Shown: piece after piece, positions 39,718 through 49,299 of the stretch
Layout of the letters: the number at the start of each line of letters is the position of its first letter
Numbering within the stretch: the first letter of the stretch is position 1
Origin: Geopsychrobacteraceae bacterium
GTDB taxonomy: Bacteria; Desulfobacterota; Desulfuromonadia; Desulfuromonadales; Geopsychrobacteraceae
DNA: 64,000 nt
NCBI GenBank assembly: GCA_963662315.1
Contig: OY759353.1
Span: 1,472,001-1,536,000, forward strand
Direction: 5' to 3'
Notes under the pieces: model-generated
The model's database searches: none
The model's input: only the letters and a program-made list of their open reading frames with translations
What the model was told of the DNA's origin: nothing
Position numbers and translations under genes: made by a program

Positions 39718-42471
39718 TTATTCATCCTTCTCCCGACAGACAGGCAGCTCAACCCGGAAGGTTGTCCCTTTTCCGACCGTTGACTTAAAACAGATCTGGC
39801 CACTATGCTCTTTTATGATACGCGATGACACAGACAGACCCAGCCCAGTGCCGCCTTGCTCACGACGCGTGGTAACGAACGGTTCGAGAATCTGAGACTG
39901 GATATTCTCTGGAATCCCCCGGCCTCCATCGCGTACGGAAAAAATAACATGGTCGTTTTCTTTATCATAACAGGTTGACACGCGAATTTCCTGACTTCTG
40001 TCGGACAACGCCTGACAGGCATTTAACAGCAGATTAACAATAACCTGTTCAAGGCGGCCTTTAATCCCCATAATCGCAGGCACAGATTCGGCCAACTCAA
40101 CACTGAAAAAATCGGTCGCTTTTTTCAGAGAATTTTCAACCAGGCGAATCGACATCCGTACAATGTCATTAAGATCAAGTTCGACATCATTCTCCCGCCC
40201 GTCCTGACGCGAGAAATCCCCCAAGTCTTTAACAATCTGCTTGATGCGCAACGCCGCATCCGAGGCACAGTCGATCAGTGCTGGTATTTCTGCCAGAGCA
40301 CTTTCCAAAGGCATTTCCCCCAATTTCCGGCCGGCAAGAAGATCTTTGTTCTCATCAAACACCGCGACAAAGGAATCAAAAAATTCTTTTAAAAATTCAC
40401 AGTTATAAAGAATCAGAGCATTCGGATTATTGATTTCGTGAGCCACTCCAGCAGCAAGTTCGCCCAAAGCAGCCAAACGAGTGGCCCGGTTGGTGGTTAT
40501 CTGCAGCTGTTTGATCTCGGTCAAATCGCGTCCCCAGACAATCAACCCCTTGCGTGAACCATCCTCCTCGAAGACCGGCGTCTTAATGACATCAAAAATG
40601 CGCTCGCGCCCATCGGTATCGATAATCGACTCCTCGATGCGCAGTGTTGTTCCCGAAGCCCAGCATTGTTCATCACTTCTGCCACAGACAAGGAAACTGC
40701 TTGTCAGTTCGGCGGCACTCTGGCGGGCCAAATCGCTATCGGTCATTCCCAGGAAATCGACATTTTCGAGACGAAAAATTCTCAGAGCCGCCTGGTTAGC
40801 CAGAATCCACCCACCTTGACTGTTTTTAAAGATAATGAAATCGGGCGTCGTATTGATCAGGGTCGACAGTTGTTCCTCACGCTGCAGAATTTTCGCATTG
40901 GCCCGGTGCAATTCAGTCACGTCGCGGGCGTTCACAACAAAATACTCTGCTTGTCCCTGCTTACTGAGGACGGGGGCAGCCTGAACCAGAAAAGTGTGAC
41001 CAGGAATCATATCATGAACAACCGCTGATGCCTCTTCAAGGGTGTCAATCGTCACCGGTACCGGGCAATCCGGGCTGATCTGATCCTTGCCAAAAACCTG
41101 CTGAAATTCTTGTCCCAGCAAACTGCCTTCCTCGCGCCCCAAAAGACGGTAAACTGCTTTATTAGCCCTTAATATGCGCATATCACGGTTCAGTACCAGG
41201 ACCAGGTTTGACGTTGCATTAATGATCGTATCACGCTCTTCATAGCTGCGGATCATCTCAATTTCCGAGTTCTTCCTGGCGCTGATGTCCTGAACGACAC
41301 CAAGGATAAAACTGGGTTCGCCGTTGTCATCATATTGAAGCGCAGACAGAGAACTCATATATTTTGTTTCTCCTGCAGGAGTCTCAATTGATAATTCGAT
41401 ACCAACACTGCACTTATCAAGTCGTTCAAGATGCCGGGCCAGCATTACAGTAATCGCCCGTGCCACATCGGCAGAAAACCAGGGAAGAATCGACTCCATT
41501 GTCATTGGCCCGACGACAGGATCACGCCCCATCAAATAAAATAGCGAATCGGACCAGAAAACCTCTTTCGTTGCCAGGTTATATTCCCAGGAACCTATTT
41601 TTGCCAGATCCTGTACCAGCTTCAGACGCTTTTCACTGTTTTCAAGTTCGCGCCGCGACATCATCAGTTCGGTGATGTCACTGACAACTGTAACCATCCC
41701 TTTCAAAGGATTGGTTCGATCAAGTAAACTACCTCTGATCAGAACATCTATTAATGATCCATCTTTTTTTCTGAATCGAGCTGTTGTTGCCGCGATTTCG
41801 GCATCCTGCAGCTGAAAGTATAATTCCTGGCCAACTCGCTCATATTCTTCGTCAGACGGATAGACCATGCGCGAATTCTGCCCAAGCATTTCATCAGCGG
41901 AATAGCCATAGAGGTTAACCAGATCATTGACCCAAAGGAACTTGCGCTCAGCAATTATTGCCAGACCGATCGGTGCCGTTTTTAAAAAAACCTTAAAGCG
42001 GCTCTCAACGTCTTGCGCCACCTTTTGGGTCTCCATCAGTTCCAAAGATTTCTCCTGAAGACGATCCTGTAATAAGTCTCGATACAGCTTCAATTCAAGA
42101 TGTGTATTGACACGCTGTTTAACGATAGCTGGATCAATGGGTGCAGTAATATAATCCGCCGCTCCCAGCGCCAGACCGGTAGCTTCATCCTCACGGCTAT
42201 CCTTACCAGTCAGAAATATCACCGGTATCGACTGCAGTTCCGGATCGGATTTAATCTGTTTACAAACCTGGTAGCCATCAGTCCCAGGCATGACAATATT
42301 CAACAGAATCAGGTCCGGCTGCACCTTTTTCTGGGTCAATAATGATAATGCGTCGTCACCGTTTGCGGCAAAAAATAGATCATAACCACGTTGAAAGATT
42401 GCTTTCAGGATCCCAAGATTCGTAGCATTATCTTCAACAATGAGAAGAGCTCTGTGCTGCTGCTCTGGCAT
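39718..42471 (-). CDS. Cytoplasmic multi-PAS histidine kinase with N-terminal degenerate receiver
   Basis: REC-like N-terminus, four PAS domains, AHEINNP, NLLLNA, DGGRG, GTGLGL; no TM segment. Confidence 0.92.
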   Translation of the reverse strand: MPEQQHRALLIVEDNATNLGILKAIFQRGYDLFFAANGDDALSLLTQKKVQPDLILLNIVMPGTDGYQVCKQIKSDPELQSIPVIFLTGKDSREDEATGLALGAADYITAPIDPAIVKQRVNTHLELKLYRDLLQDRLQEKSLELMETQKVAQDVESRFKVFLKTAPIGLAIIAERKFLWVNDLVNLYGYSADEMLGQNSRMVYPSDEEYERVGQELYFQLQDAEIAATTARFRKKDGSLIDVLIRGSLLDRTNPLKGMVTVVSDITELMMSRRELENSEKRLKLVQDLAKIGSWEYNLATKEVFWSDSLFYLMGRDPVVGPMTMESILPWFSADVARAITVMLARHLERLDKCSVGIELSIETPAGETKYMSSLSALQYDDNGEPSFILGVVQDISARKNSEIEMIRSYEERDTIINATSNLVLVLNRDMRILRANKAVYRLLGREEGSLLGQEFQQVFGKDQISPDCPVPVTIDTLEEASAVVHDMIPGHTFLVQAAPVLSKQGQAEYFVVNARDVTELHRANAKILQREEQLSTLINTTPDFIIFKNSQGGWILANQAALRIFRLENVDFLGMTDSDLARQSAAELTSSFLVCGRSDEQCWASGTTLRIEESIIDTDGRERIFDVIKTPVFEEDGSRKGLIVWGRDLTEIKQLQITTNRATRLAALGELAAGVAHEINNPNALILYNCEFLKEFFDSFVAVFDENKDLLAGRKLGEMPLESALAEIPALIDCASDAALRIKQIVKDLGDFSRQDGRENDVELDLNDIVRMSIRLVENSLKKATDFFSVELAESVPAIMGIKGRLEQVIVNLLLNACQALSDRSQEIRVSTCYDKENDHVIFSVRDGGRGIPENIQSQILEPFVTTRREQGGTGLGLSVSSRIIKEHSGQICFKSTVGKGTTFRVELPVCREKDE

Positions 42472-42614
42472 AGATGGACAACCCCCTTAGATTAAATTAT
42501 CCATATAATATACAACAATTCAGTCTTCTTAAAAGTCAAAAAACATATAAGCTCAACCTGACCTATCACTTTTCTAAATACCCGGCCAGAAAAGCCTGGG
42601 ACGACCATAATGAC

Positions 42615-44684
42615 CTAAGCCTCAACAACGGGATCTCTGCTCTGACGGTTCACCATAAACACGACAACCAGTAGCAATAAACCAGCCACATGCACATACC
42701 AAACGACCGGCCAAAGCAACAGACCAGCAGCAGCCAGAGACAGCAAGCGCGGCAGAATACTGAGTTTTGACTCCATAAAACCTTCGATTCCGGAGGCAAA
42801 CGCATACAGGCCGAAAAAGGCAAAGAAGAAGATCTGCAGATCACCGATTAAAGTCCCACCGATAAATGGAGTATAGGCAAATAGCAGCGGGACAACGTAA
42901 AGTCCCTTAGCCAGTTTCCACGACTGTAGTCCTGTCGCCATCGGTTTGGTTCCGGCAATGGCGGCACCGGTAAAAGCGGCCAAGGCAACAGGAGGAGTGA
43001 CATTTGAATCTTGGCTCAACCAAAAGACGATGAGGTGTGCTGATAGTAGCGCAAAGGTCAAGGTATGTTCACTCAGCACGGCTTCCCGAACCATACTGGC
43101 CATATCGACAGGGATCGCATCAACCAGAGCGCGGGCTGCGGCAGTTGTCATCGGATGACCAATATCGGCAAACCGTTCAGGAACCGCGAGCATAAATATG
43201 GCTTTTGCCGTTTCAGGGATCTGACCATCCGCTAAAGCCTGGACCAACAAGCCATCCGCGATCAAGCCATGCAAAGCCGGAGCGGACAAGGTGCCTAGCA
43301 CAATATAAGCAGCGGTAACCGGGAGTCCCATACCAAGCACCAGGGACGCCAGGGCAATCAGGATAATTGCAATAACCAGACTGTGCCCCGCCCACTCATT
43401 AATCATCAAAGAAAAAGTATTGCCGATACCGGCCGTCGCGATAACATTGACTATCAAACCAACCGAACAGAGAAGGATGGCCGTCATGACCATATTGCGC
43501 GCGCCTAAAGCCATCGCTTCAATGATCGCCTTGATGCCCATCTTATTTTTGGTGAACCATGATGCCACCACCACGGCAATAATGCTGATACCACCGGCAT
43601 AAGTCGGGGTAAAACCGTAAATCAGCAGGCCGATCAGAACACTGATCGGAACAATAAAGACGATCCCCCCTTTTTTCAGGACCTCTGCCGCCGAAACTTT
43701 TTCCGTATCCATCGCCGTCACAAAGCTGCGCTTGGCTTCAATACGGACAAAGAAGGCTACCGTAGCGAAATAAAGAATTGCCGGTAGAATGCTGACCAGG
43801 ACAATAGTGTTGTAGGATATCTGGGTATAGGTCGCCATGACAAAAGCTCCCGCCCCCATGATCGGCGGCATCAGCTGACCTCCGGTAGAGGCTGCGGCTT
43901 CAGTGCCGGCGGCAAAGGTAGCGGGGAAACCGGCACGTTTCATGAGCGGAATGGTAATAACCCCGGTTGACGCCGTATTGGCCACCGCCGAACCGGAAAT
44001 CGTCCCCATCAGTCCTGAAGCAAGGACAGCAACCAATCCTGGCCCGCCTACCATTCTGCCAGCCACGGCGCGGGCCAGGTCGATAACAAATTCCCCCGCC
44101 CCAGAGTGCAGCAAAAAAGCGCCGAACAGAATAAACATAAAGACATAGGTCGAAGAGATAAGCGCAATGGTACCGAACAACGCATCGTCGCCATAAACGC
44201 TGCGGAACAGGATGGTTTCAGCGGAAAGGCCGGCAAACTTGAAAACCCCTGGAATTTCCGTTCCCCACCAGCCAACATAACTTAAAGCAATGAGAATCAG
44301 AACCGGGATAAACCAGCCAGCTACGCGGCGGGTAAATTCAAGAGCACTGAGGATCAGGACGATACCGGCAATCCATTCCGCCTGGTCCAGGCGTACGCCA
44401 CGCGCATAGATCGCATCCTCCATGGCTATCATATAGATCGCCGAACCGGCAGCGGCACAACCAAGGATCAGGTCAGGAATACGCCAGGCCAGGGTCGGGT
44501 CTTTCCGCATCGGATAAACCCAGGCCGCGATCAGGGCGAAGCCGGAAAAATGCAGGGAGTTCTGCCACAGAGAAGGGAGTAAGGAAAACACATTGAACCA
44601 GATATGCAACGAAGAGACAGCTACTCCGAGTATTAATATCACCTTGGATTCAGGTTTAAACAGACTGGTTTCTTCGGTAGACAT
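42615..44684 (-). CDS. TRAP transporter fused permease (4TM/12TM)
   Basis: GTISGSAVAN, ASTGGQLMPPIMGAGAF, GMGLP, TPPVALAAF. Confidence 0.93.
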   Translation of the reverse strand: MSTEETSLFKPESKVILILGVAVSSLHIWFNVFSLLPSLWQNSLHFSGFALIAAWVYPMRKDPTLAWRIPDLILGCAAAGSAIYMIAMEDAIYARGVRLDQAEWIAGIVLILSALEFTRRVAGWFIPVLILIALSYVGWWGTEIPGVFKFAGLSAETILFRSVYGDDALFGTIALISSTYVFMFILFGAFLLHSGAGEFVIDLARAVAGRMVGGPGLVAVLASGLMGTISGSAVANTASTGVITIPLMKRAGFPATFAAGTEAAASTGGQLMPPIMGAGAFVMATYTQISYNTIVLVSILPAILYFATVAFFVRIEAKRSFVTAMDTEKVSAAEVLKKGGIVFIVPISVLIGLLIYGFTPTYAGGISIIAVVVASWFTKNKMGIKAIIEAMALGARNMVMTAILLCSVGLIVNVIATAGIGNTFSLMINEWAGHSLVIAIILIALASLVLGMGLPVTAAYIVLGTLSAPALHGLIADGLLVQALADGQIPETAKAIFMLAVPERFADIGHPMTTAAARALVDAIPVDMASMVREAVLSEHTLTFALLSAHLIVFWLSQDSNVTPPVALAAFTGAAIAGTKPMATGLQSWKLAKGLYVVPLLFAYTPFIGGTLIGDLQIFFFAFFGLYAFASGIEGFMESKLSILPRLLSLAAAGLLLWPVVWYVHVAGLLLLVVVFMVNRQSRDPVVEA

Positions 44685-44727
44685 AAATAATCGACTCCAT
44701 CATAGACAGTGCTGAGGTACAAACAAG

Positions 44728-44758
44728 ATACGGCCACCCCGTAACAGAGTGGCCGTAT
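44728..44758. other. Intercistronic hairpin between TAXI binding protein and permease
   Basis: ATACGGCCAC...GTGGCCGTAT 10-bp stem; an equivalent hairpin CCGGGGCC/GGCCCCGG lies at 47957-47976 in the other TRAP operon. Confidence 0.55.
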
Positions 44759-44776
44759 TAGAGCATGCGGACCTGA

Positions 44777-45802
44777 TTACTTGGCGATCAGCCGATCTGG
44801 AACCTTGATGCCAACCTCCTGATAATACTTCAGAGCCCCCGGATGTAACGGCAGCGGCAAACCGGAGATAGCTTTTTCAATGGACATCGCCTTGGTCGCG
44901 CCATGAATCGCTTTCAGGAATGCTAGATTTTCATAGATCGTCTTGGTGATTTTATAGACAGCATCCTCATCGACATCTGCACGGACAGACAGAAAATTCG
45001 GCTGAGCAATGGTATTAATCGGTTTTTTCTGGCCAGGATAGGTATCTGCAGGGATTACGTAACGGGTCCACAGATCAAGACCTCCGTTGGCCTTCTCCAT
45101 CTGTTCATCAGTGAAATCGAGGACAACCATGCCGTCACCCATGTTGGCCATCCCCTTGGTAATGGCACTTGCTGGAACCCCGGCAGGAATCCCGAATCCG
45201 GAAATCTGACCGTTCTGCATGGCATCGACAGTCGGCCCGTAGCCGACATAGATCAGCTTGAAATCGGTGTAGATGTCGATACCAAGGTTTTTGAGAATCA
45301 CCTCGTTGGAACCGATCGTCCCGGAGTTCTTGCTACCCATCGACAGGGTCTCACCTTTCATAGTGACCATATCGGCGATCGTCCCTGTTTTAGCAAACTT
45401 CTTGAGAACCCCGAAATGTTCAACGTTCTGCCAGAGCATTGTGATGGAACGCAAATTTTTCTGAGGCCCCTCATTGGCTATCGGGCCGGTTCCATTCCAG
45501 GCATAGGCCCCAAAGAGGCCCTGCAGAATCGAAAATTGTACCTCGTTATCGCGCATCAGCTTGATGTTCTCCCCGGAGCCGGCGGAATTAATAGCGGACA
45601 TGCCGATCTTCTCGGTGGGCTGCAACTTGACTTTGACCAGAGTTGACAGAGCAACCCCGACCGGATAGTAAGTCCCCCCGGTGGACGCGGTGGCCATAAG
45701 GTAATTGCGCTCTGTGGGGGCTGCATAAACGCTAAAACACGAGACAACAAAGAGTATCAGTGCAACAATCGTCAGGTTTCTAAGTCGCTTCACTATCGGC
45801 AT
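44777..45802 (-). CDS. TAXI-family TRAP solute-binding protein
   Basis: Signal peptide, ATASTGGTYYPVG, SAGSGENI, PLHPGALKYY. Confidence 0.93.
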   Translation of the reverse strand: MPIVKRLRNLTIVALILFVVSCFSVYAAPTERNYLMATASTGGTYYPVGVALSTLVKVKLQPTEKIGMSAINSAGSGENIKLMRDNEVQFSILQGLFGAYAWNGTGPIANEGPQKNLRSITMLWQNVEHFGVLKKFAKTGTIADMVTMKGETLSMGSKNSGTIGSNEVILKNLGIDIYTDFKLIYVGYGPTVDAMQNGQISGFGIPAGVPASAITKGMANMGDGMVVLDFTDEQMEKANGGLDLWTRYVIPADTYPGQKKPINTIAQPNFLSVRADVDEDAVYKITKTIYENLAFLKAIHGATKAMSIEKAISGLPLPLHPGALKYYQEVGIKVPDRLIAK

Positions 45803-45961
45803 CGCTTTTCTCCTTATCAGTTAAGTGATTAAGCAGACAGGAACTGCGTATACGCAGGTGAAAAACGTGATATATCAAATCATACCTATTAAATGTAACA
45901 TAGTTATATAATTTAAAAACCACCGGGACTGAAATAATCCTTCTTTTGGAACATCGCAATC

Positions 45962-45996
45962 AAAAAAAAATCCGCAGAAGCACGGCTCCTGCGGAT
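45962..45996 (-). terminator. Rho-independent terminator after the upstream TRAP operon
   Basis: ATCCGCAG...CTGCGGAT stem with a 9-T run on the minus strand. Confidence 0.7.
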
Positions 45997-46040
45997 CAGT
46001 TGGAACAAATATAACGGTAAGTATTCAGAAGGAAAACAAC

Positions 46041-47933
46041 TTAGGCCTGCTTCAGAAAAGGCTGCTGAGCCTTCTTGAAAGCAGAATCTCTCACGATCAA
46101 CAGAATAACAATGGCAATGCCAAACACCATCCCGGTTAACCGAATTGGCCAGGATGGAAAGAAACATAAACAGCCGGTGGCAACCATAAGGACCTGGCTC
46201 CAGGTCGCTAGCTTAGATTGGAAATAGCCGGCAAAACCGACCGACAATAAATACGCCGCGACAAGAGAGGAACAGATAACACCGGCAATTTCAAACCAGC
46301 TCCCTTGCATCAAAAGCACAGAGTCATAAGCAAAAGCAAAGGGAACAATAAAAGCAACCACACCAATGCGCATCGCAGTCACGGCGATCTTCATCGGATT
46401 ATCACCGGCAATGGTTCCCGCAGCGAATGATGCCAGGGCAACCGGTGGTGTCATGTTCGACAACACAGCGAAGTAGAAAACAAACAGGTGTGCGTTTAGG
46501 GGCTCAAACCCAAGCTTGGTCAGACTACTGACGCCCAGGGCTGCAGCAATGATATAGGCAGAGGTGGTCGGCAGCCCCATGCCGAAAACAACGGCCAACA
46601 GAGCAATCAGGATCAGAGCCAGGAAGCTTGAGCTACCTGACATAGCGGAAATCAAGGCTCCAATTTTAAACCCGATACCAGTCAGCGCGATAGAACCGAT
46701 AACAATACCAGCCGAAGCACAGGCTATGGCGATAACCGGCACCGATTTGCCCGCCATGATCAGAGCTTCAACCAGACGTTTTGGCCCCATCTGGCAACCA
46801 CGGTTGAGCAGCGACACGGCCCAGGCCAGAATAACACCGATCAAACCAGCCAGCATCGGAGTTTTCCCCATCAACAACGCCACAACCAGCACCAGAATCG
46901 GCAACAGCAGGAAACTGCGCTTAAAAACATGAGACCAGCGTGGCAGCTCTTCTTCCTTGAGACCGACAAAACCATCACGCTTTGCAACATAATGAATCAT
47001 CAGCAAGGCGGTGCCATAGTACAGCAGTGCCGGTAGCAACGCAGCGATCATAATGACCTTGTATTCAACCCCAAGATAAGCTGACATGACAAAGGCACCG
47101 GCCCCCATCAATGGTGGCATCAACTGACCACCGGTGGACGCCATGGTCTCAATACCACCAGCTAAGTGAGGTTTGAAACCGGTACGCTTCATCATTGGAA
47201 TGGTAAAGTTACCGGTTGAATACACATTGGCTACCGCAGAACCAGAAATAGAGCCAAACAGACACGAACTGACGACAGCAATTTTAGCCGGCCCACCGAT
47301 GGACTTTCCGGCGATACGCGAGGAGAATTCCATGAACCAGGGGCCGACCCCACTGACTTCAAGGAAGGCTCCGAAAATCAGGAAAATGACAACATAGGTC
47401 GATGAAACACCAAGAGGCATAGAAAAAATACCATCTTGAGTCAGGAACAATGACTCGACCACTTCACGCAAAGTGAAAACCTCGCCACGCAGCATCCCCG
47501 GGAAATACTCACCGAACAGCATGTAGACGGCAAAGAAACTGGCGATAATGGTTAGTGGCCAGCCAAGCAAACGCCGGGTTGCTTCGATCAGCAAGACAAC
47601 AAGAATGACCCCAAGCACCAGCTGCGTATCGGTAACCGGATCGATCTGGGCAGTCCGGAATAGAATTTCTTCAACATTCACAATAGCGTAAACGCCAGGG
47701 GCCAATGAGATCAGAGCCAGCAGATAGTCATAGAACGGAACCCTGTTCGTTGGTGACTTGTTACTAAACGGCCAGTAGATAAAAGCAATGGGAAAAACCC
47801 AGCTCAGGTGCATCATGCGTTGCATCCAAGCTTCAAGCACGCCGAATGCTGCTGTATAAAGGTGAAAACAAACGCCCAGAATCAGCCAGGCACCAAGAAT
47901 GTAATTCAGGACTTTATTGTCAAATTCCCTCAT
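46041..47933 (-). CDS. TRAP transporter fused permease (4TM/12TM)
   Basis: GSISGSAVANV, ASTGGQLMPPLMGAGAF, GMGLPT, TPPVALASF. Confidence 0.93.
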   Translation of the reverse strand: MREFDNKVLNYILGAWLILGVCFHLYTAAFGVLEAWMQRMMHLSWVFPIAFIYWPFSNKSPTNRVPFYDYLLALISLAPGVYAIVNVEEILFRTAQIDPVTDTQLVLGVILVVLLIEATRRLLGWPLTIIASFFAVYMLFGEYFPGMLRGEVFTLREVVESLFLTQDGIFSMPLGVSSTYVVIFLIFGAFLEVSGVGPWFMEFSSRIAGKSIGGPAKIAVVSSCLFGSISGSAVANVYSTGNFTIPMMKRTGFKPHLAGGIETMASTGGQLMPPLMGAGAFVMSAYLGVEYKVIMIAALLPALLYYGTALLMIHYVAKRDGFVGLKEEELPRWSHVFKRSFLLLPILVLVVALLMGKTPMLAGLIGVILAWAVSLLNRGCQMGPKRLVEALIMAGKSVPVIAIACASAGIVIGSIALTGIGFKIGALISAMSGSSSFLALILIALLAVVFGMGLPTTSAYIIAAALGVSSLTKLGFEPLNAHLFVFYFAVLSNMTPPVALASFAAGTIAGDNPMKIAVTAMRIGVVAFIVPFAFAYDSVLLMQGSWFEIAGVICSSLVAAYLLSVGFAGYFQSKLATWSQVLMVATGCLCFFPSWPIRLTGMVFGIAIVILLIVRDSAFKKAQQPFLKQA

Positions 47934-47990
47934 CAGGAACTCCTTACTTCGAAAAACCGGGGCCAGGAGGCCCCGGACGGATCATGTCTA

Positions 47991-48944
47991 TTATTTATGA
48001 GCTTCAAAATATGCTTTAGCCGCAGGATGCATCGGTAACTTTTTGGCAATGGCGCTTTCAGCAGAGAAATCAGCGAAGTCCTTGATGGTTGTTCCCAAGT
48101 TGTCTTTGTTCTCAAGAATCGTTGCAGCCATTTTGGTTACGACATCATCAGGCAGGTTTTTACGAACAACACAGACAGTAAAATCACCGACGGTCGGAAC
48201 TTTTTCTTTGACACTTTTGTAAATACCAGGCTCAACGTAGTGCGTACCGGTTCCATAAGCATCGCTTAAGGCGGTAAGAGCCTGATCATCGACCGGCAGG
48301 ATAACAATTTCAGTCTGGCTTTCGATATTCATGATGATCGAAGCAATTTTACCAACCGAGAAAGCAAACATGTCAATGTGGTTATCGGCAATCAGGCCAG
48401 CACCGTCAGAATAGGAAGCGAATTCAACCTTGCCGCCGTTCTCTTTGATTTTTTTCCAGTCGGTGCCATAACCAAGGTCGAGCAGAGAGCTGACCACAAA
48501 CTCAGAAGAGGACCCCGGCTTCAGACTGGCAATTCTCAGTTTTTCTACCGCCAGTGCGTCCTTCAGGGTCTTAATATTGTTGGCTTCGACAAAATCTTTA
48601 CGGGCAATGAAGTAAGTGATTTGCGGATAGAGGTTGGCCAGCACTACGGCATTTTGCACTGGCTCCTTGAATTTCCCTTTTCCTTTGGTTGCAGCACCAA
48701 GCAGTGAACCAACGGTGAAACCAAGGTCAGCCTTGTCTCGGTCAACGTTGACAACGTTCGAGACACCGCCACCAGTAGAACTTGAGGTGTTCATTCCGGC
48801 TTTACTGAAGTAGGAACTGATAGCACCACCCAGAACAAACCAGTTGCCTCCTTGTGGGCCAGAGACAAAACGATAGTTGGCGGCAACCGCCAGGGTCGGC
48901 ACAAGAACCAGCAAGATGACGAGAGTTGACAGGAAACGTTTCAT
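47991..48944 (-). CDS. TAXI-family TRAP solute-binding protein
   Basis: Signal peptide (AVA), SGPQGGNWF, TGGGVSN, PMHPAAKAYF; AAGGAG RBS. Confidence 0.9.
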   Translation of the reverse strand: MKRFLSTLVILLVLVPTLAVAANYRFVSGPQGGNWFVLGGAISSYFSKAGMNTSSSTGGGVSNVVNVDRDKADLGFTVGSLLGAATKGKGKFKEPVQNAVVLANLYPQITYFIARKDFVEANNIKTLKDALAVEKLRIASLKPGSSSEFVVSSLLDLGYGTDWKKIKENGGKVEFASYSDGAGLIADNHIDMFAFSVGKIASIIMNIESQTEIVILPVDDQALTALSDAYGTGTHYVEPGIYKSVKEKVPTVGDFTVCVVRKNLPDDVVTKMAATILENKDNLGTTIKDFADFSAESAIAKKLPMHPAAKAYFEAHK

Positions 48945-49171
48945 ACTTTTCTCCTTAATCCGATTTCAGCTTGGGATGAAGCACGCATAACGTGCAGTTA
49001 ACAAGGGCAAGCAACTGCAGCTAGGTTAAGCCTCACAGTTACTTCGCTATATAATTGCTTATGAATCGCCGAGGAACGGGAGAAGGACGTGGTCGCGAAG
49101 AGCTGGACAGATTCACGCCGTGGCAGAAAGGTCTGGCGACTCCCGGTAGAGTTGATTCGGAAATTAACTAT

Positions 49172-49187
49172 TACAAAGGGCGTGCCA
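49172..49187 (-). promoter_or_regulatory. Sigma54 promoter for the TAXI-TRAP operon
   Basis: Minus strand TGGCACGCCCTTTGTA: perfect -24 box, -12 box TTGT instead of TTGC. Confidence 0.6.
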
Positions 49188-49241
49188 GCTTGACGGAGGC
49201 TTTTAATACGGGGTTTTACCAAGCAGAAAGGGAAATTTTGA

Positions 49242-49288
49242 GCAAAATCTTGCCGACCTCAAAACACCCACAGGCAAAATCTTGCCGA
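49242..49288. promoter_or_regulatory. Tandem palindromic upstream activator sites (candidate DctD binding)
   Basis: GCAAAATCTTGCCGA repeated exactly at 49242 and 49274 (32-bp period), each with a GCAA-N4-TTGC dyad, just upstream of the -24/-12 box. Confidence 0.65.
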
Positions 49289-49299
49289 TGGGCGCATAA

